Positions 46,904 through 56,319 of a stretch of 64,000 bases of DNA are shown here, piece after piece (position 1 is the stretch's first letter; every line of letters begins with the position of its first letter). A program made the translations under genes and the position numbers. Under the pieces are notes generated by a model that was not told where the DNA came from, made no database searches, and saw only the letters and a list, made by a program, of their open reading frames with translations. The DNA is from Nanobdellota archaeon (GTDB taxonomy: Archaea; Nanobdellota; Nanobdellia; Woesearchaeales; GW2011-AR4): NCBI GenBank assembly GCA_022564635.1, contig JADFLA010000002.1, positions 394-64,393 on the forward strand, written 5' to 3'.

Positions 46904-47776
46904 TTATCCAAAACCTTCTTCACTAGGCATTTTATCTATCCTTTCTTGAATTTGTAATGCTCTTTGGTCTTGATGAATGGCATGTGTAAGCCAGTGCTTG
47001 AAGTCATTTACATCCTCAAAAGATTCATTAAGAAGGTCAATAGCTTCTTGAATTTTTGGAATAATTTCTGTAAAAATTTTTCTAAGAGACTTAACTATAC
47101 TATTAAGGCTTTCTCCCGGAATACCGCTATAGCCACGTGCTTGCGCATCTTCCCTTAACATTCTAAAAAAGGATCCAGCATCATAGAATCTCTGAAAAAT
47201 TTCTCCAAGAATTCTTCGGATTCGTGAGTTAAACATGATTATCATATGACTTAATACCTTTATTTTTCTCCTAATATTTTTCCTCTCATCTTCTTTTAAA
47301 CCAACTATTTGTCTAATGATTTTTTTACCTTTCTGTGGAAGAAAACGAGAATATCTTATTTCCTTATTTTCAATTCTAGTCATAAGAATTTCTACATCGT
47401 CTGCTCGTTCTACGAGCAAACTGAGCTGTAGAAAAGTTCGGTCAAATTGACGCCTAATATCAAAAAGATATTGTTCTGCTTGAGATAATCTCCAAACAAT
47501 ATCATGACTTTGGTCTCCTGGTTGGCTAATCATAGCACCGATTACACGCTGGTAAAACATATCTTTATCTTCCAAACCAGCAATAGTTCTTGGACGAGAT
47601 GGATCTTCCTCTCTCAAAATTTCAACAAAAACAGCTTTTAAGTTAGTTAGCGTTTCAATTAAATGACGCAAAAGATCTTCTTCTTCAGAAGTAAGAACTG
47701 TCTCAGTCTGCAGTAGATGTATTTCCCGAAATTGTTCTTCGGTTATATCTGTTCCTTCTCGTTTAAATCTTTGCAT
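46904..47776 (-). CDS. orphan protein (290 aa)
   Basis: First ATG at 47776 (the track uses GTG 47791); TATA aaatatttataaag ~32 nt upstream; helical, R/E/Q-rich. Confidence 0.55.
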   Translation of the reverse strand: MQRFKREGTDITEEQFREIHLLQTETVLTSEEEDLLRHLIETLTNLKAVFVEILREEDPSRPRTIAGLEDKDMFYQRVIGAMISQPGDQSHDIVWRLSQAEQYLFDIRRQFDRTFLQLSLLVERADDVEILMTRIENKEIRYSRFLPQKGKKIIRQIVGLKEDERKNIRRKIKVLSHMIIMFNSRIRRILGEIFQRFYDAGSFFRMLREDAQARGYSGIPGESLNSIVKSLRKIFTEIIPKIQEAIDLLNESFEDVNDFKHWLTHAIHQDQRALQIQERIDKMPSEEGFG

Positions 47777-47866
47777 GCAGTTAATATCCACTCATTGCAA
47801 ACTTTATAAATATTTCTTCTATTGATTTCTTTAAATCTAGAACTAATCATGTCATTAAAATGATAT

Positions 47867-49339
47867 TTATAAAAAGTTTTTATAAAGTTTTTTCTTCATG
47901 ATTTCATTTATAAACATAATAGATCCTGCAATGTAGAATAATATATTAATTGTCAAAAAGAGTAAAAAGTAAAATGAGAGAATAAAATGTGAGGTGACGA
48001 ATAATGTTCTTATAATATCAGTATAATAGAAAATAAGACTAGTAAAGAAGAGATAGATATAGTATGCAAAAAATATGACACTAGAAAGAATTATAGCATA
48101 GATCATACCCTTCCTATAGTTATCTGAAAGAAAATATACTGCAAGGAAAAAAATAAATGCAAAAAAGAGTATATAGAAAAAATTATTATAAAGAATATTA
48201 TTAGCAAAACTCGTTTTGATATCAACCCCTAAAATTGAGGGTTGAATTAATCTACTTATATTAAAGACTGGAGCTAAAATAAAAACTAATATTGAAGAAA
48301 AAATTAATCCTATTTTGAATTTGCTAAGGTAAAATTTTTTTCTTGTAAATGCGATATACCAAAAAATAGAAGGCATAATCAGAAAAAAGAGAATTCCTAT
48401 CAAATTTAATAAATAAACAAAGAATAATGAAAATTGTTCAAGAAAAGGCAGATTCTTAATTTGTCCTAGGAAAAGGGTTAAGAGAGCATCATGGCCAGCA
48501 CCAAGCTGCGTAAAATATAATGTATCACGAAAAATAAAAATGTATGGAATTATGAAGCTTATAGCATCAGTAAGAAGATGCAGGACAATCATTCCTGATA
48601 TGCCTAGGAAAATTGTTTTTTTGTAATGAAACAATGATATCAATTTTTCATAAAATTTCTCACCAAATTCTCCAATTCTGTAGATAAGGCTCTCTGCGTT
48701 ATATTTTCGGTAATGCCTAATGACTATAAACAGATAAAAAAGCAAAGCAATCATTATTATTGGAGCATCTATTGCTATTGCTAGCCATTCCATAACAAAG
48801 TTAAACACTACAACAAAAAATGCAATATATACAAGATAAACAGTAATTATTCTAATAAAATACTTATATAGAGTTTTTGGCTTACCTTCCTCGTGTATGA
48901 TATGCATTAAGCTTGGTTTTTTAACATCTATATAAATTGAGGAATATATAGCCAAAATTAATATCAGAATGCTTCCAATAATCAAGGAGTAAAATTCAAG
49001 TATAGGGGAATTATTAAGTATAAACTTTTGGAAATCGTAGAAAACAAAAAATTCATCTATAATACCTGATGAAAAAATAATTATATTTTTAAATATGAGC
49101 ATAAAATATGATATTATCAATAAAATATCAACAGACCTTTTTTGATTATTAAAGAATATTTTTGTCAAACTTGCTTTGTATAATATATAACCCAATGCAG
49201 TCCATGATATTATCTTCTTTGCAAAATCAATATCTGCTGGCAAAATTTCAAAAAAGTCAAGAATGTTAAGTATAATTATTAAAATTAATATAACTTCTTC
49301 TAATCTATGCATAATCCTCTTTTTTTCCATATTTGGCAA
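47867..49339 (-). CDS. polytopic membrane protein (490 aa)
   Basis: More than 10 hydrophobic segments, F/I/L/Y-rich; no family recognised. Confidence 0.6.
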   Translation of the reverse strand: MPNMEKKRIMHRLEEVILILIIILNILDFFEILPADIDFAKKIISWTALGYILYKASLTKIFFNNQKRSVDILLIISYFMLIFKNIIIFSSGIIDEFFVFYDFQKFILNNSPILEFYSLIIGSILILILAIYSSIYIDVKKPSLMHIIHEEGKPKTLYKYFIRIITVYLVYIAFFVVVFNFVMEWLAIAIDAPIIMIALLFYLFIVIRHYRKYNAESLIYRIGEFGEKFYEKLISLFHYKKTIFLGISGMIVLHLLTDAISFIIPYIFIFRDTLYFTQLGAGHDALLTLFLGQIKNLPFLEQFSLFFVYLLNLIGILFFLIMPSIFWYIAFTRKKFYLSKFKIGLIFSSILVFILAPVFNISRLIQPSILGVDIKTSFANNILYNNFFYILFFAFIFFLAVYFLSDNYRKGMIYAIILSSVIFFAYYIYLFFTSLIFYYTDIIRTLFVTSHFILSFYFLLFLTINILFYIAGSIMFINEIMKKKLYKNFL

Positions 49340-49513
49340 TTATTTGCTCATGCATTCTTTAATTTTTCTAAAAAATCAAAGTTGGTGCGAAAGTCGGTGT
49401 TTGTGCGTATTTTGCCAATGCATTTAACTCCGAAGGATTGTGTAATACGACCTGAGCATTACGAAGTTAGTTTCAGTTTTTTCGAGGGCTTAAATTAGAA
49501 GGAGCTTGAAATT

Positions 49514-50392
49514 TTATTGCGGCTTGAAGTACACATTTTCCCTATAAGCATTTGTTACAGAATCATTGCCAGCACGTAAATCATGTAAACTTCTCGCTAT
49601 CACAATATACTTCTTAGATGTTGGAAGATCTCCTAATAGATGAACTATTCCTCCATCATCATAAGAATGTAATCTTCCATCGTTAATACCTAAGAATTGA
49701 CTTCTAACTTTAAATTCTTCTCTGGAATATGGGTTTCTGAGAAAATCATATTCTTTTTCCATTTCATCCAATGCTTTTGTTGACCTTGATTTTGCAACTT
49801 CTGTTCCAATAATAGCTTCAAGTGCATGATTATCAAGTAAAAAAGCTGATACATCTAATCGATTTATTGATCTTATTTCATCTGGATTTATTCCAAGTCT
49901 TTCAGCAACATACACAATAGCTTCATCATATTTTAATCTTCCATCCATTTTTTTTCCATCTTTTACAAAATCATATCCTTGTTGCAATAGTTCATTTAAA
50001 CGTGTATAATCATCAACTAATTGTTCAGAATGAAAATTACCATCATCGCAAAATCTTAAGAAATTTCTAGTTGTTTGAGTAAAAGCATCAGCAGTTCTTT
50101 GAGCTTCTTCATAGTTTCTATCATCTCTGTCCATATTAACATTTGCATCAACATAGAAATTTCCATCAAAGTCAACGGATGGAACAAATTTTGAATGCAT
50201 TGTCCATTTTGAACCGACCCTATGACCATCATAGAATGCTCTTTGGTGTATTTCTTCAAGCAATCTCCCTAGTTCATCAATTATTTCAGGTGATTCGATC
50301 CAAAGCTTAGCCATCATTCCAGAGCCCATCAATCTATCCCAAAAATATGTTACTTGAAATAATACTGGTCTGGTGACTTCTTCTGGTTTCAT
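49514..50392 (-). CDS. orphan protein (292 aa)
   Basis: Leaderless geometry (gaagttttataaaag ~28 nt upstream); balanced composition; no motif recognised. Confidence 0.55.
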   Translation of the reverse strand: MKPEEVTRPVLFQVTYFWDRLMGSGMMAKLWIESPEIIDELGRLLEEIHQRAFYDGHRVGSKWTMHSKFVPSVDFDGNFYVDANVNMDRDDRNYEEAQRTADAFTQTTRNFLRFCDDGNFHSEQLVDDYTRLNELLQQGYDFVKDGKKMDGRLKYDEAIVYVAERLGINPDEIRSINRLDVSAFLLDNHALEAIIGTEVAKSRSTKALDEMEKEYDFLRNPYSREEFKVRSQFLGINDGRLHSYDDGGIVHLLGDLPTSKKYIVIARSLHDLRAGNDSVTNAYRENVYFKPQ

Positions 50393-50493
50393 ACAACCTG
50401 ATAATTAACATACTTTTATAAAACTTCTTTTTTCTAAAAAATAGATTCAGAACCACAAAAAATATATAAACTCATAAAAGAAAAAACAGATTA

Positions 50494-52356
50494 ATGAAAA
50501 AAAGAGGACAAGGTGAAGTTATCAAATACGTTATCATCGCATTGACAATATTAGCAATAACTTTCTTTGGTTATAAGAGCCTTGCAGTAATACAAGATAA
50601 AACATGCAACGCAGAACTTGCAAAGTTTCAGATTGATTTAAAAAATCTTGATAAAACAGTTAAGTTTGGCAATGTAAAAGAATTTACTTATAGAGTACCA
50701 TGTAATTCTAATGAAATACTCTTTTTTGATTTGAACCAAAGAGATAAAATAATATCTTCCTTGACTAATTTAAATCCGTTAATAATAGACAGCATAAAAA
50801 GTAAAGTTGAAAAAAATGTTTTTGTTGTAAGAAACAACAAAATATTGTCTTCTTTTTATGCAGGAAATCTTGATATAGAGTTTCCAAATTACATCTGCTT
50901 CTTGCCTAAATTTGAGAAGATTGATTTTATAGTTGAAGGAAAGGGAACTTCTGTTTCAGTTGTTGGTGGATGCTTGCAACCAGAATGCACATATTTTCCT
51001 GTACAGCTTATAGAGGAGAATGTAGTCGGAATTCTAAATGAGGCAGTAGGATTTGATGAAGAACCTGATTCTGATTGTGGAAAACAAGGTAAAAGTTCCT
51101 GTCCTAGTGATGTTAAAGATGAATTTGTTAAATTTTTAAGAACAAAGGAAAATGTAAATATCTTTAGAAAATATGAATACTGCAAGGAAACAGGAAAAAC
51201 TAATATAGAAATTTTAATTAAACCTGGAAAAGTTTTGAGTAACAAAGAGTTTCGTTTCTATGAATCTATACCAAAGGATTGCATTGATGATTTAAAAAAA
51301 TATCTTTCAACCCAAATAAAAGGAGAAGTGTCAATTAAATATGATCCTCTAATTATATGGAGCTTTGATGATATAAAAGAAGAGAAAAAGCTTAGGTATA
51401 TATTAGATACTTTATTGTCAGATGATTGTAGAGAATCCATAGAAGGCATAGGAATATCAAACTTACTAGAAGAGGATGTTGAAGTAACTTTGCCTAGTGA
51501 TGCTGAAATTGATGATAAAATTAAACAATATACAAACTTAAATTTAGAAATTGAGGATATAACTTTACATGGAGCAAATGCAAAGCATGAAATAAATCTA
51601 CGCTCTAAAACAACTTACAATGGCGATAAAAAACATCTTAAATATAGTATTGTAGGAACTGATGAAAATGATGTTATTAAATGCAATATCAAAAAAGATG
51701 ATAAATTGTTGAGATGCGAATCTGAAGAAAATGAACAAAGCTCTTTAACTATAACTGTACAAGTAACTAATGGTGAGGTTACTGCTCTGGATAGTTTTAA
51801 TGTAAATGTTATATCTATTTGTGCTGATGAATGTTCAAGCCAAGCAAAACAATGTGTTGATCAAACTAATTACCAAGAATGTATTTTAGTAGAAGGTTGC
51901 TTTAAATGGAGTCCTAGCATTAGTTGTGGTGCTAATTTCGAATGTGTTAATGATGGACAATGTAAAGAGATTGTAACTGTAATTATACCACAAGCAGCGA
52001 GTTTGGAATTTAAGGTTACAATTAAAAATAAAGAGCCAAGCACTCTTGATGGAAAACCAGCATTTAAGTATTTTTATGATTTAGAATTAAATGAAGTAAA
52101 CGGAGTTGGTGTTGATTTCAATATGGTTACAAAAACAATAACTGTTGCAGGTACTTTTGAAGAAAGAGGCAAAGGCTGGATTTCCGGAAAATGTGGTAGT
52201 ACATTTTTAGAAGGTGGAAGTAGCTGTTTTATGGAAGATAGATGGTTCCGAGTAACATTTTCAAATGATATTTTTACAGAAACTTGGATAGGAATAGACT
52301 CAAATGGGAATACAATAGCAAAAGGATATACTATATCAGCTAAAGATTTTTCTTAA
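50494..52356 (+). CDS. large pilin-like secreted protein with class III signal peptide and Cys-rich region (620 aa)
   Basis: MKKRGQGEVIKYVIIALTILAITFF: KRGQ cleavage-type motif plus hydrophobic helix; C-rich segment CADECSSQAKQCVDQTNYQECILVEGC. Confidence 0.6.
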   Translation: MKKRGQGEVIKYVIIALTILAITFFGYKSLAVIQDKTCNAELAKFQIDLKNLDKTVKFGNVKEFTYRVPCNSNEILFFDLNQRDKIISSLTNLNPLIIDSIKSKVEKNVFVVRNNKILSSFYAGNLDIEFPNYICFLPKFEKIDFIVEGKGTSVSVVGGCLQPECTYFPVQLIEENVVGILNEAVGFDEEPDSDCGKQGKSSCPSDVKDEFVKFLRTKENVNIFRKYEYCKETGKTNIEILIKPGKVLSNKEFRFYESIPKDCIDDLKKYLSTQIKGEVSIKYDPLIIWSFDDIKEEKKLRYILDTLLSDDCRESIEGIGISNLLEEDVEVTLPSDAEIDDKIKQYTNLNLEIEDITLHGANAKHEINLRSKTTYNGDKKHLKYSIVGTDENDVIKCNIKKDDKLLRCESEENEQSSLTITVQVTNGEVTALDSFNVNVISICADECSSQAKQCVDQTNYQECILVEGCFKWSPSISCGANFECVNDGQCKEIVTVIIPQAASLEFKVTIKNKEPSTLDGKPAFKYFYDLELNEVNGVGVDFNMVTKTITVAGTFEERGKGWISGKCGSTFLEGGSSCFMEDRWFRVTFSNDIFTETWIGIDSNGNTIAKGYTISAKDFS

Positions 52357-52359
52357 TTT

Positions 52360-53265
52360 CTAATCGGAGTCTCCGGATTCTCCCCCATTACCCCCTTCAT
52401 CACCATTATCATCTCCATTATTTGATTTTTTAAAAAAACTAATTATAAATTTCTCATCAATTTTATCCCCTTGTGTGTTCAATCTTGAATATCTAAGAAT
52501 TGCTTCTCTTATTGTATCTGTTGTTTCAAATCTTATTTCAAATGGATCTACACCATTTCCTTTAATTACCCTATCTTCTAAATCCATGCACATTGTTTCT
52601 GTTATGTTACTTACTGGTTTTTCATAGCATAATTGAACATCAAATAATTCAACATCGACACCACCAGATTCTGTAATTGTTCCTTTAAAATAATGAGCGT
52701 ACTGTTGAAATTTTTTGTAGATAGTTTCAACCTTTTCAGTTATAAAACTTATTTTAGCTTCTAAAGGTACTGGAGTTGGCGTAGGTACTGTAGTTGGAGT
52801 TGGTGTAGGTGTTGGAGGAACCGGGGTAGCTGCAGGTAGTGGTTCTGGTGTAGGTGTCGCAGGTTCAGGTGTTGGTGGTTCTAAAGTAGGAGTAGGTGGA
52901 ATATAAGGAGTTGGTGTAGGTGGTTCTGGTGTTGGTGGTTCTAAAGTAGGAGTAGGTGGAATAGTAGGCGTTGGTGATGGTTTTGGTGTATCTGTTGGTA
53001 GTGGATATGTTGGTGATGGTTTTGGTGATGGTTTTAGTGTTTTAGTAGGATAATGAGTTGGTGTTGGTGGTGTTAGAGTATACGTAAGTAAGGGAGTTGG
53101 TGTTCTTTCAGTAACTCTTTCCAATGTTGGGCCGGGGGTAGGAACTGGAGTTTGTGTACCTCCTCCTAATTGGCTTACTACAACTGCTCCAGCTATGGCT
53201 AATCCTATCCCTAATGCTAGTCCCCCATACACAATTTTTTTTGGACTATAACCATCTAATACCAT
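52360..53265 (-). CDS. membrane-anchored protein with long Pro/Thr-rich linker
   Basis: N-terminal [19 protein letters not shown], ~130 aa of PTPxP repeats, globular C-terminal domain, acidic G/D tail. Confidence 0.6.
   Translation of the reverse strand: MVLDGYSPKKIVYGGLALGIGLAIAGAVVVSQLGGGTQTPVPTPGPTLERVTERTPTPLLTYTLTPPTPTHYPTKTLKPSPKPSPTYPLPTDTPKPSPTPTIPPTPTLEPPTPEPPTPTPYIPPTPTLEPPTPEPATPTPEPLPAATPVPPTPTPTPTTVPTPTPVPLEAKISFITEKVETIYKKFQQYAHYFKGTITESGGVDVELFDVQLCYEKPVSNITETMCMDLEDRVIKGNGVDPFEIRFETTDTIREAILRYSRLNTQGDKIDEKFIISFFKKSNNGDDNGDEGGNGGESGDSD
52861..52980. repeat. 2 x 60-bp tandem repeat inside the PT-rich linker coding region
   Basis: 52861-52920 and 52921-52980 align base-for-base with a few mismatches ([13 protein letters not shown] units). 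Confidence 0.7.
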
Positions 53266-53434
53266 AAAAACAACAAATAACTTAGCTTATTTAAATCTTA
53301 CTGTTTTGCAACTACTCAATAATGATTATTTCCAAATTTTGCTGGGTTTTTATGCTTTATAACATAAAATGTTTATAATAGCAAATTTTATAAATAAGTA
53401 AAAGCATATAAATAAAAAAGAGGTGTATACACTA

Positions 53435-54028
53435 ATGATTTTAAAAAAAAGGGCTTCTTTAGAATTATCAATAAGGACAATCGTTATAGTAATTCTTGCA
53501 ATGACATTGCTTGGTTTAGGGTTAGGGTTTATAAGAAACATGTTTTCTGATATCGGTGGAATTTCTGGAGATGTTTCAGAGCAAATAAGACAGCAGATTC
53601 AGGATGATTTAATAACTAATGATAAAAAGTTATCTTTTCCAAAAACTGAAGTGAAAATTGACAAAGGAAATTCAGAAATTTTGACAGTAGGTATAAGGAA
53701 TAAAGAGGATGAAATTTTATTATACAAAATAAAATTTACTCCACATTCAGTTCCTGATGATGTCAATTTAAATGATCCTATAAACTGGTTTCAATATCGA
53801 AAAGATATACAGGAATTATCTTCTTCTGAATCAGATATAAGGAAAATAAGATTGAGTGTACCAAAAAATACCAAAACAGGATCTTATCTTCTGACTTTTG
53901 ATATTGATAGGCTTTTAGGTATAGAAAAAGACGAAAATAATAATCCAATTCTAGATGAACAAGGTAATCAAATTGAGATTTATGAACTTTATGCTACAAA
54001 AGATATTTTTATTGTAGTAAGGGGCTAA
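53435..54028 (+). CDS. archaeal type IV pilin-like protein
   Basis: MILKKRASLELSIRTIVIVILAMTLLGLGLGF class III signal; GAGGTG SD 10 nt upstream of ATG 53435. Confidence 0.6.
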   Translation: MILKKRASLELSIRTIVIVILAMTLLGLGLGFIRNMFSDIGGISGDVSEQIRQQIQDDLITNDKKLSFPKTEVKIDKGNSEILTVGIRNKEDEILLYKIKFTPHSVPDDVNLNDPINWFQYRKDIQELSSSESDIRKIRLSVPKNTKTGSYLLTFDIDRLLGIEKDENNNPILDEQGNQIEIYELYATKDIFIVVRG

Positions 54029-54241
54029 ATGAAAAAACGCTTAACAGAACAGCAAGAATTCGAAATTATGAAATTAGTTTTAGATAAATTTCTTTGGATT
54101 GGCTTTATTTTAATGCTCTTTGGAGTTTATCAGATGTTTGCAGCTAGCTTCCTTTTTGGCTCAATATGGTTTATTGCTGGTGTTATATTGCTCATTTTAT
54201 TCATTATACTTATAGTTAGAGAATACGAAGTAATAAAATGA
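54029..54241 (+). CDS. small two-TM membrane protein
   Basis: Starts immediately after the pilin-like gene's stop (TAAATG); hydrophobic WIGFILMLFGVY..IAGVILLILFIILIV. Confidence 0.45.
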   Translation: MKKRLTEQQEFEIMKLVLDKFLWIGFILMLFGVYQMFAASFLFGSIWFIAGVILLILFIILIVREYEVIK

Positions 54242-54338
54242 TTTTTATTCTAAATAGCAATATACTTATAAATAATAATACTACATATTATCATGATAAT
54301 ATAAATCGGTGTAATCAATGAAAAAATTCATAAATCCA

Positions 54339-54489
54339 TAGAAATCCAACGGGATTTCTAGGGTGCCAAAAATGCAAAGGCATTTTTGTGCATATTTAGA
54401 ATAGTGAATTTTTTCAAGCACGAGGAAATCGGAGATTTCCTGTGTCCCAAAAATTGCGTGAAATGCGAGTGAGCTCGTTGCGAACTCGC
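54339..54489. repeat. cluster of four hairpins (GRAAATC family and relatives)
   Basis: TAGAAATCC-aacg-GGATTTCTA; CAAAAATGC-aaag-GCATTTTTG; AGGAAATC-gga-GATTTCCT; GCGAGT...ACTCGC; each followed by a GTGCC/GTGTCCC + A-run. Confidence 0.55.
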
Positions 54490-54543
54490 TCACAAGTCAC
54501 ACAATTTTTTAGGACATAAAAAGAATTTCATACTTTTTATACA

Positions 54544-55068
54544 ATGAAAAAAGGAATTGAGATGTCATTGAATTTTCTGGTTACTGTAATTATAGCTATT
54601 GTTATATTAGTTTTTGGAGTAAGATTTATTTCTGACCTTGTTGTTGAAACAACTAAACTGGAATCTCTAACAACAGATCAGCTTGACAAAAAAATAGAAA
54701 ATTTACTTTGCGAAACTGAAAAAGTATGTATCGGAACAACCAAAAAAACAATCCAAAAAGGTAAATTTGATGTTTTCGGAATAAAAATCATTAATATTAT
54801 TAGTGATGAAGAATTTTCAGATGAATTCAATGTTAATATTAGAGTATCAAAATTAATAAAAGATAATAATGAAATAATTGATCCAAACAAATTAAATAAA
54901 ATTAAATTAAAGTACAGAACCAATAATTTTATTGTCGAAAAAAATAATGAGGAAAGTATAGGTATTGGTGTAGAAGTTGAAAAAGATGCTGTTTCTGGAA
55001 CTTATATTTTAGATGTTGAAATTCCGCAATATGATGAAATATACAAGATTTATGTTGAAGTGCCTTAA
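54544..55068 (+). CDS. archaeal type IV pilin-like protein
   Basis: MKKGIEMSLNFLVTVIIAIVILVFGV class III signal; C-terminal beta-rich domain ending GTYILDVEI, similar in style to 53435-54028 (GSYLLTFDI). Confidence 0.6.
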   Translation: MKKGIEMSLNFLVTVIIAIVILVFGVRFISDLVVETTKLESLTTDQLDKKIENLLCETEKVCIGTTKKTIQKGKFDVFGIKIINIISDEEFSDEFNVNIRVSKLIKDNNEIIDPNKLNKIKLKYRTNNFIVEKNNEESIGIGVEVEKDAVSGTYILDVEIPQYDEIYKIYVEVP

Positions 55069-55071
55069 AAT

Positions 55072-55443
55072 TTATTTTATAAATTCTACATTATCAAAAT
55101 ATTTGAATTCTTTGTCTCCTGTTAGGAATTTAATGCCTAATATTTTTGCTAGAACATATCCAATACAATCTGTCATCGATATATCTCTTTTTTTGTAATT
55201 TATTCTTAATTGGGCAGCTTTTTTTATGACTTCCTTGTTAAAGTCAATCACAAATTGATAATACTTTTCCAAAAACTTTTCTGCTTCTTCCTTGCCAACA
55301 TCCCTTAACAATCCATTATAAACTTCAAAAATATTTAATTTTGTTGTAACTATATACGACAGAATATAAGGTTTATAATTTGGGTTGCCTAAGATTATTT
55401 CAATTAAAGCGTAAGAATCAAAAAAATAGATATTATCAGTCAT
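55072..55443 (-). CDS. vapC: PIN-domain toxin VapC
   Basis: MTDNIYFFDSYALIEI...TDCIGYVLA; start moved to ATG 55443, giving an ATGACTGA overlap with the antitoxin stop. Confidence 0.75.
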   Translation of the reverse strand: MTDNIYFFDSYALIEIILGNPNYKPYILSYIVTTKLNIFEVYNGLLRDVGKEEAEKFLEKYYQFVIDFNKEVIKKAAQLRINYKKRDISMTDCIGYVLAKILGIKFLTGDKEFKYFDNVEFIK

Positions 55444-55657
55444 TGTATAACTCTTTTCTTGCCTGGTCTTTAATTTGCTGTGCAGACTTTTTCCATTTGC
55501 CTTTAACCATACCAAAAGTTTCTTTTAATACATTGCTGTCTCTAATAATTAAAAACTTTAATTTTTCTTTTTCCTTAATATGTTCTTTTTCCACTGTTTC
55601 TTTTGGTATTATTAGGCCTAATGAATTTCCCCATTTCCTTACTTTTGCTTCTATCAT
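55436..55657 (-). CDS. AbrB/SpoVT-type antitoxin
   Basis: KVRKWGNSLGLIIPKETVE signature; promoter accgaaaagtttttatatt at ~55697-55720. Confidence 0.75.
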   Translation of the reverse strand: MIEAKVRKWGNSLGLIIPKETVEKEHIKEKEKLKFLIIRDSNVLKETFGMVKGKWKKSAQQIKDQARKELYND

Positions 55658-55755
55658 TTTAATTAATTATTTCAAATATAATTATACTTAGTATAACTAA
55701 TATAAAAACTTTTCGGTTCGATAAGTAAATACGTTACTACTCCTTTATAATAAAA

Positions 55756-55774
55756 ATAGAAAGATTTAAATATA
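55756..55774 (+). promoter_or_regulatory. BRE/TATA promoter (ATAGAAAGATTTAAATATA)
   Basis: Same motif as 33284-33300 and 35002-35020; ~27 nt before ATG 55801. Confidence 0.55.
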
Positions 55775-55800
55775 AGAAAATAATTCTAATTCAGATTAAA

Positions 55801-56319
55801 ATGCAAGAAAATCAAGATTTAAGACAAAATTTAAGAGAAAGAATTATGCATAGTTATGTAGCATACGTTGGTCAAGTTGTAGGAGAAAATTCTGAATTAG
55901 CTAATGGACTGGCTACCGGTTTAGATGAAATTCTTGCAAGAGAATTGGGACTAATATCTGAAGAGGCTATTACTGCAAAAGGCGACAATTACCCAATATT
56001 AGGTCCCATTGTAGATTATGGAAATAGATACACTACTCAAGAAGTTTTGGAGATGACAGTTAATGAATTTTTAGGAAAGCATCGTGAATCTGCAAGAAGA
56101 GAAACAGGCATCTCAATGATGAGGTATTTTAATGCAATGTTTAGACCTTCTGGCCTCTTCCACGACCAATCACGTGATGAAACAAAAATTAAAGGTATAA
56201 TTGAAGTTACCCCAAATCAAAGTATGGGCCTACACTTTTTGGGATCGAAAACAATCGAGAAAGTTAACCAATATTTCCAAAATAATTATGGTATTTCTTT
56301 AGGAACAAAAGTTGGTTAA
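55801..56319 (+). CDS. orphan protein (172 aa)
   Basis: Leaderless geometry; balanced composition; its 3' end overlaps the tpiA stop region by 4 nt (convergent). Confidence 0.55.
   Translation: MQENQDLRQNLRERIMHSYVAYVGQVVGENSELANGLATGLDEILARELGLISEEAITAKGDNYPILGPIVDYGNRYTTQEVLEMTVNEFLGKHRESARRETGISMMRYFNAMFRPSGLFHDQSRDETKIKGIIEVTPNQSMGLHFLGSKTIEKVNQYFQNNYGISLGTKVG

Noticed and set aside
52780-53060. Highly repetitive ggtgttggtgg-type DNA that could be mistaken for a CRISPR-like or satellite array
   Set aside because: It is the coding sequence of a Pro/Thr-rich linker (PTPxP) in frame within 52360-53265. It has no spacer/repeat architecture, and no cas genes occur anywhere in the window.
54281-54493. 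70-aa minus-strand ORF between the pilin-like genes
   Set aside because: It spans the hairpin cluster. Its internal peptide repeat (IFGTQEI/IFGTLEI) simply mirrors the repeated DNA hairpins, and it has no promoter or SD.
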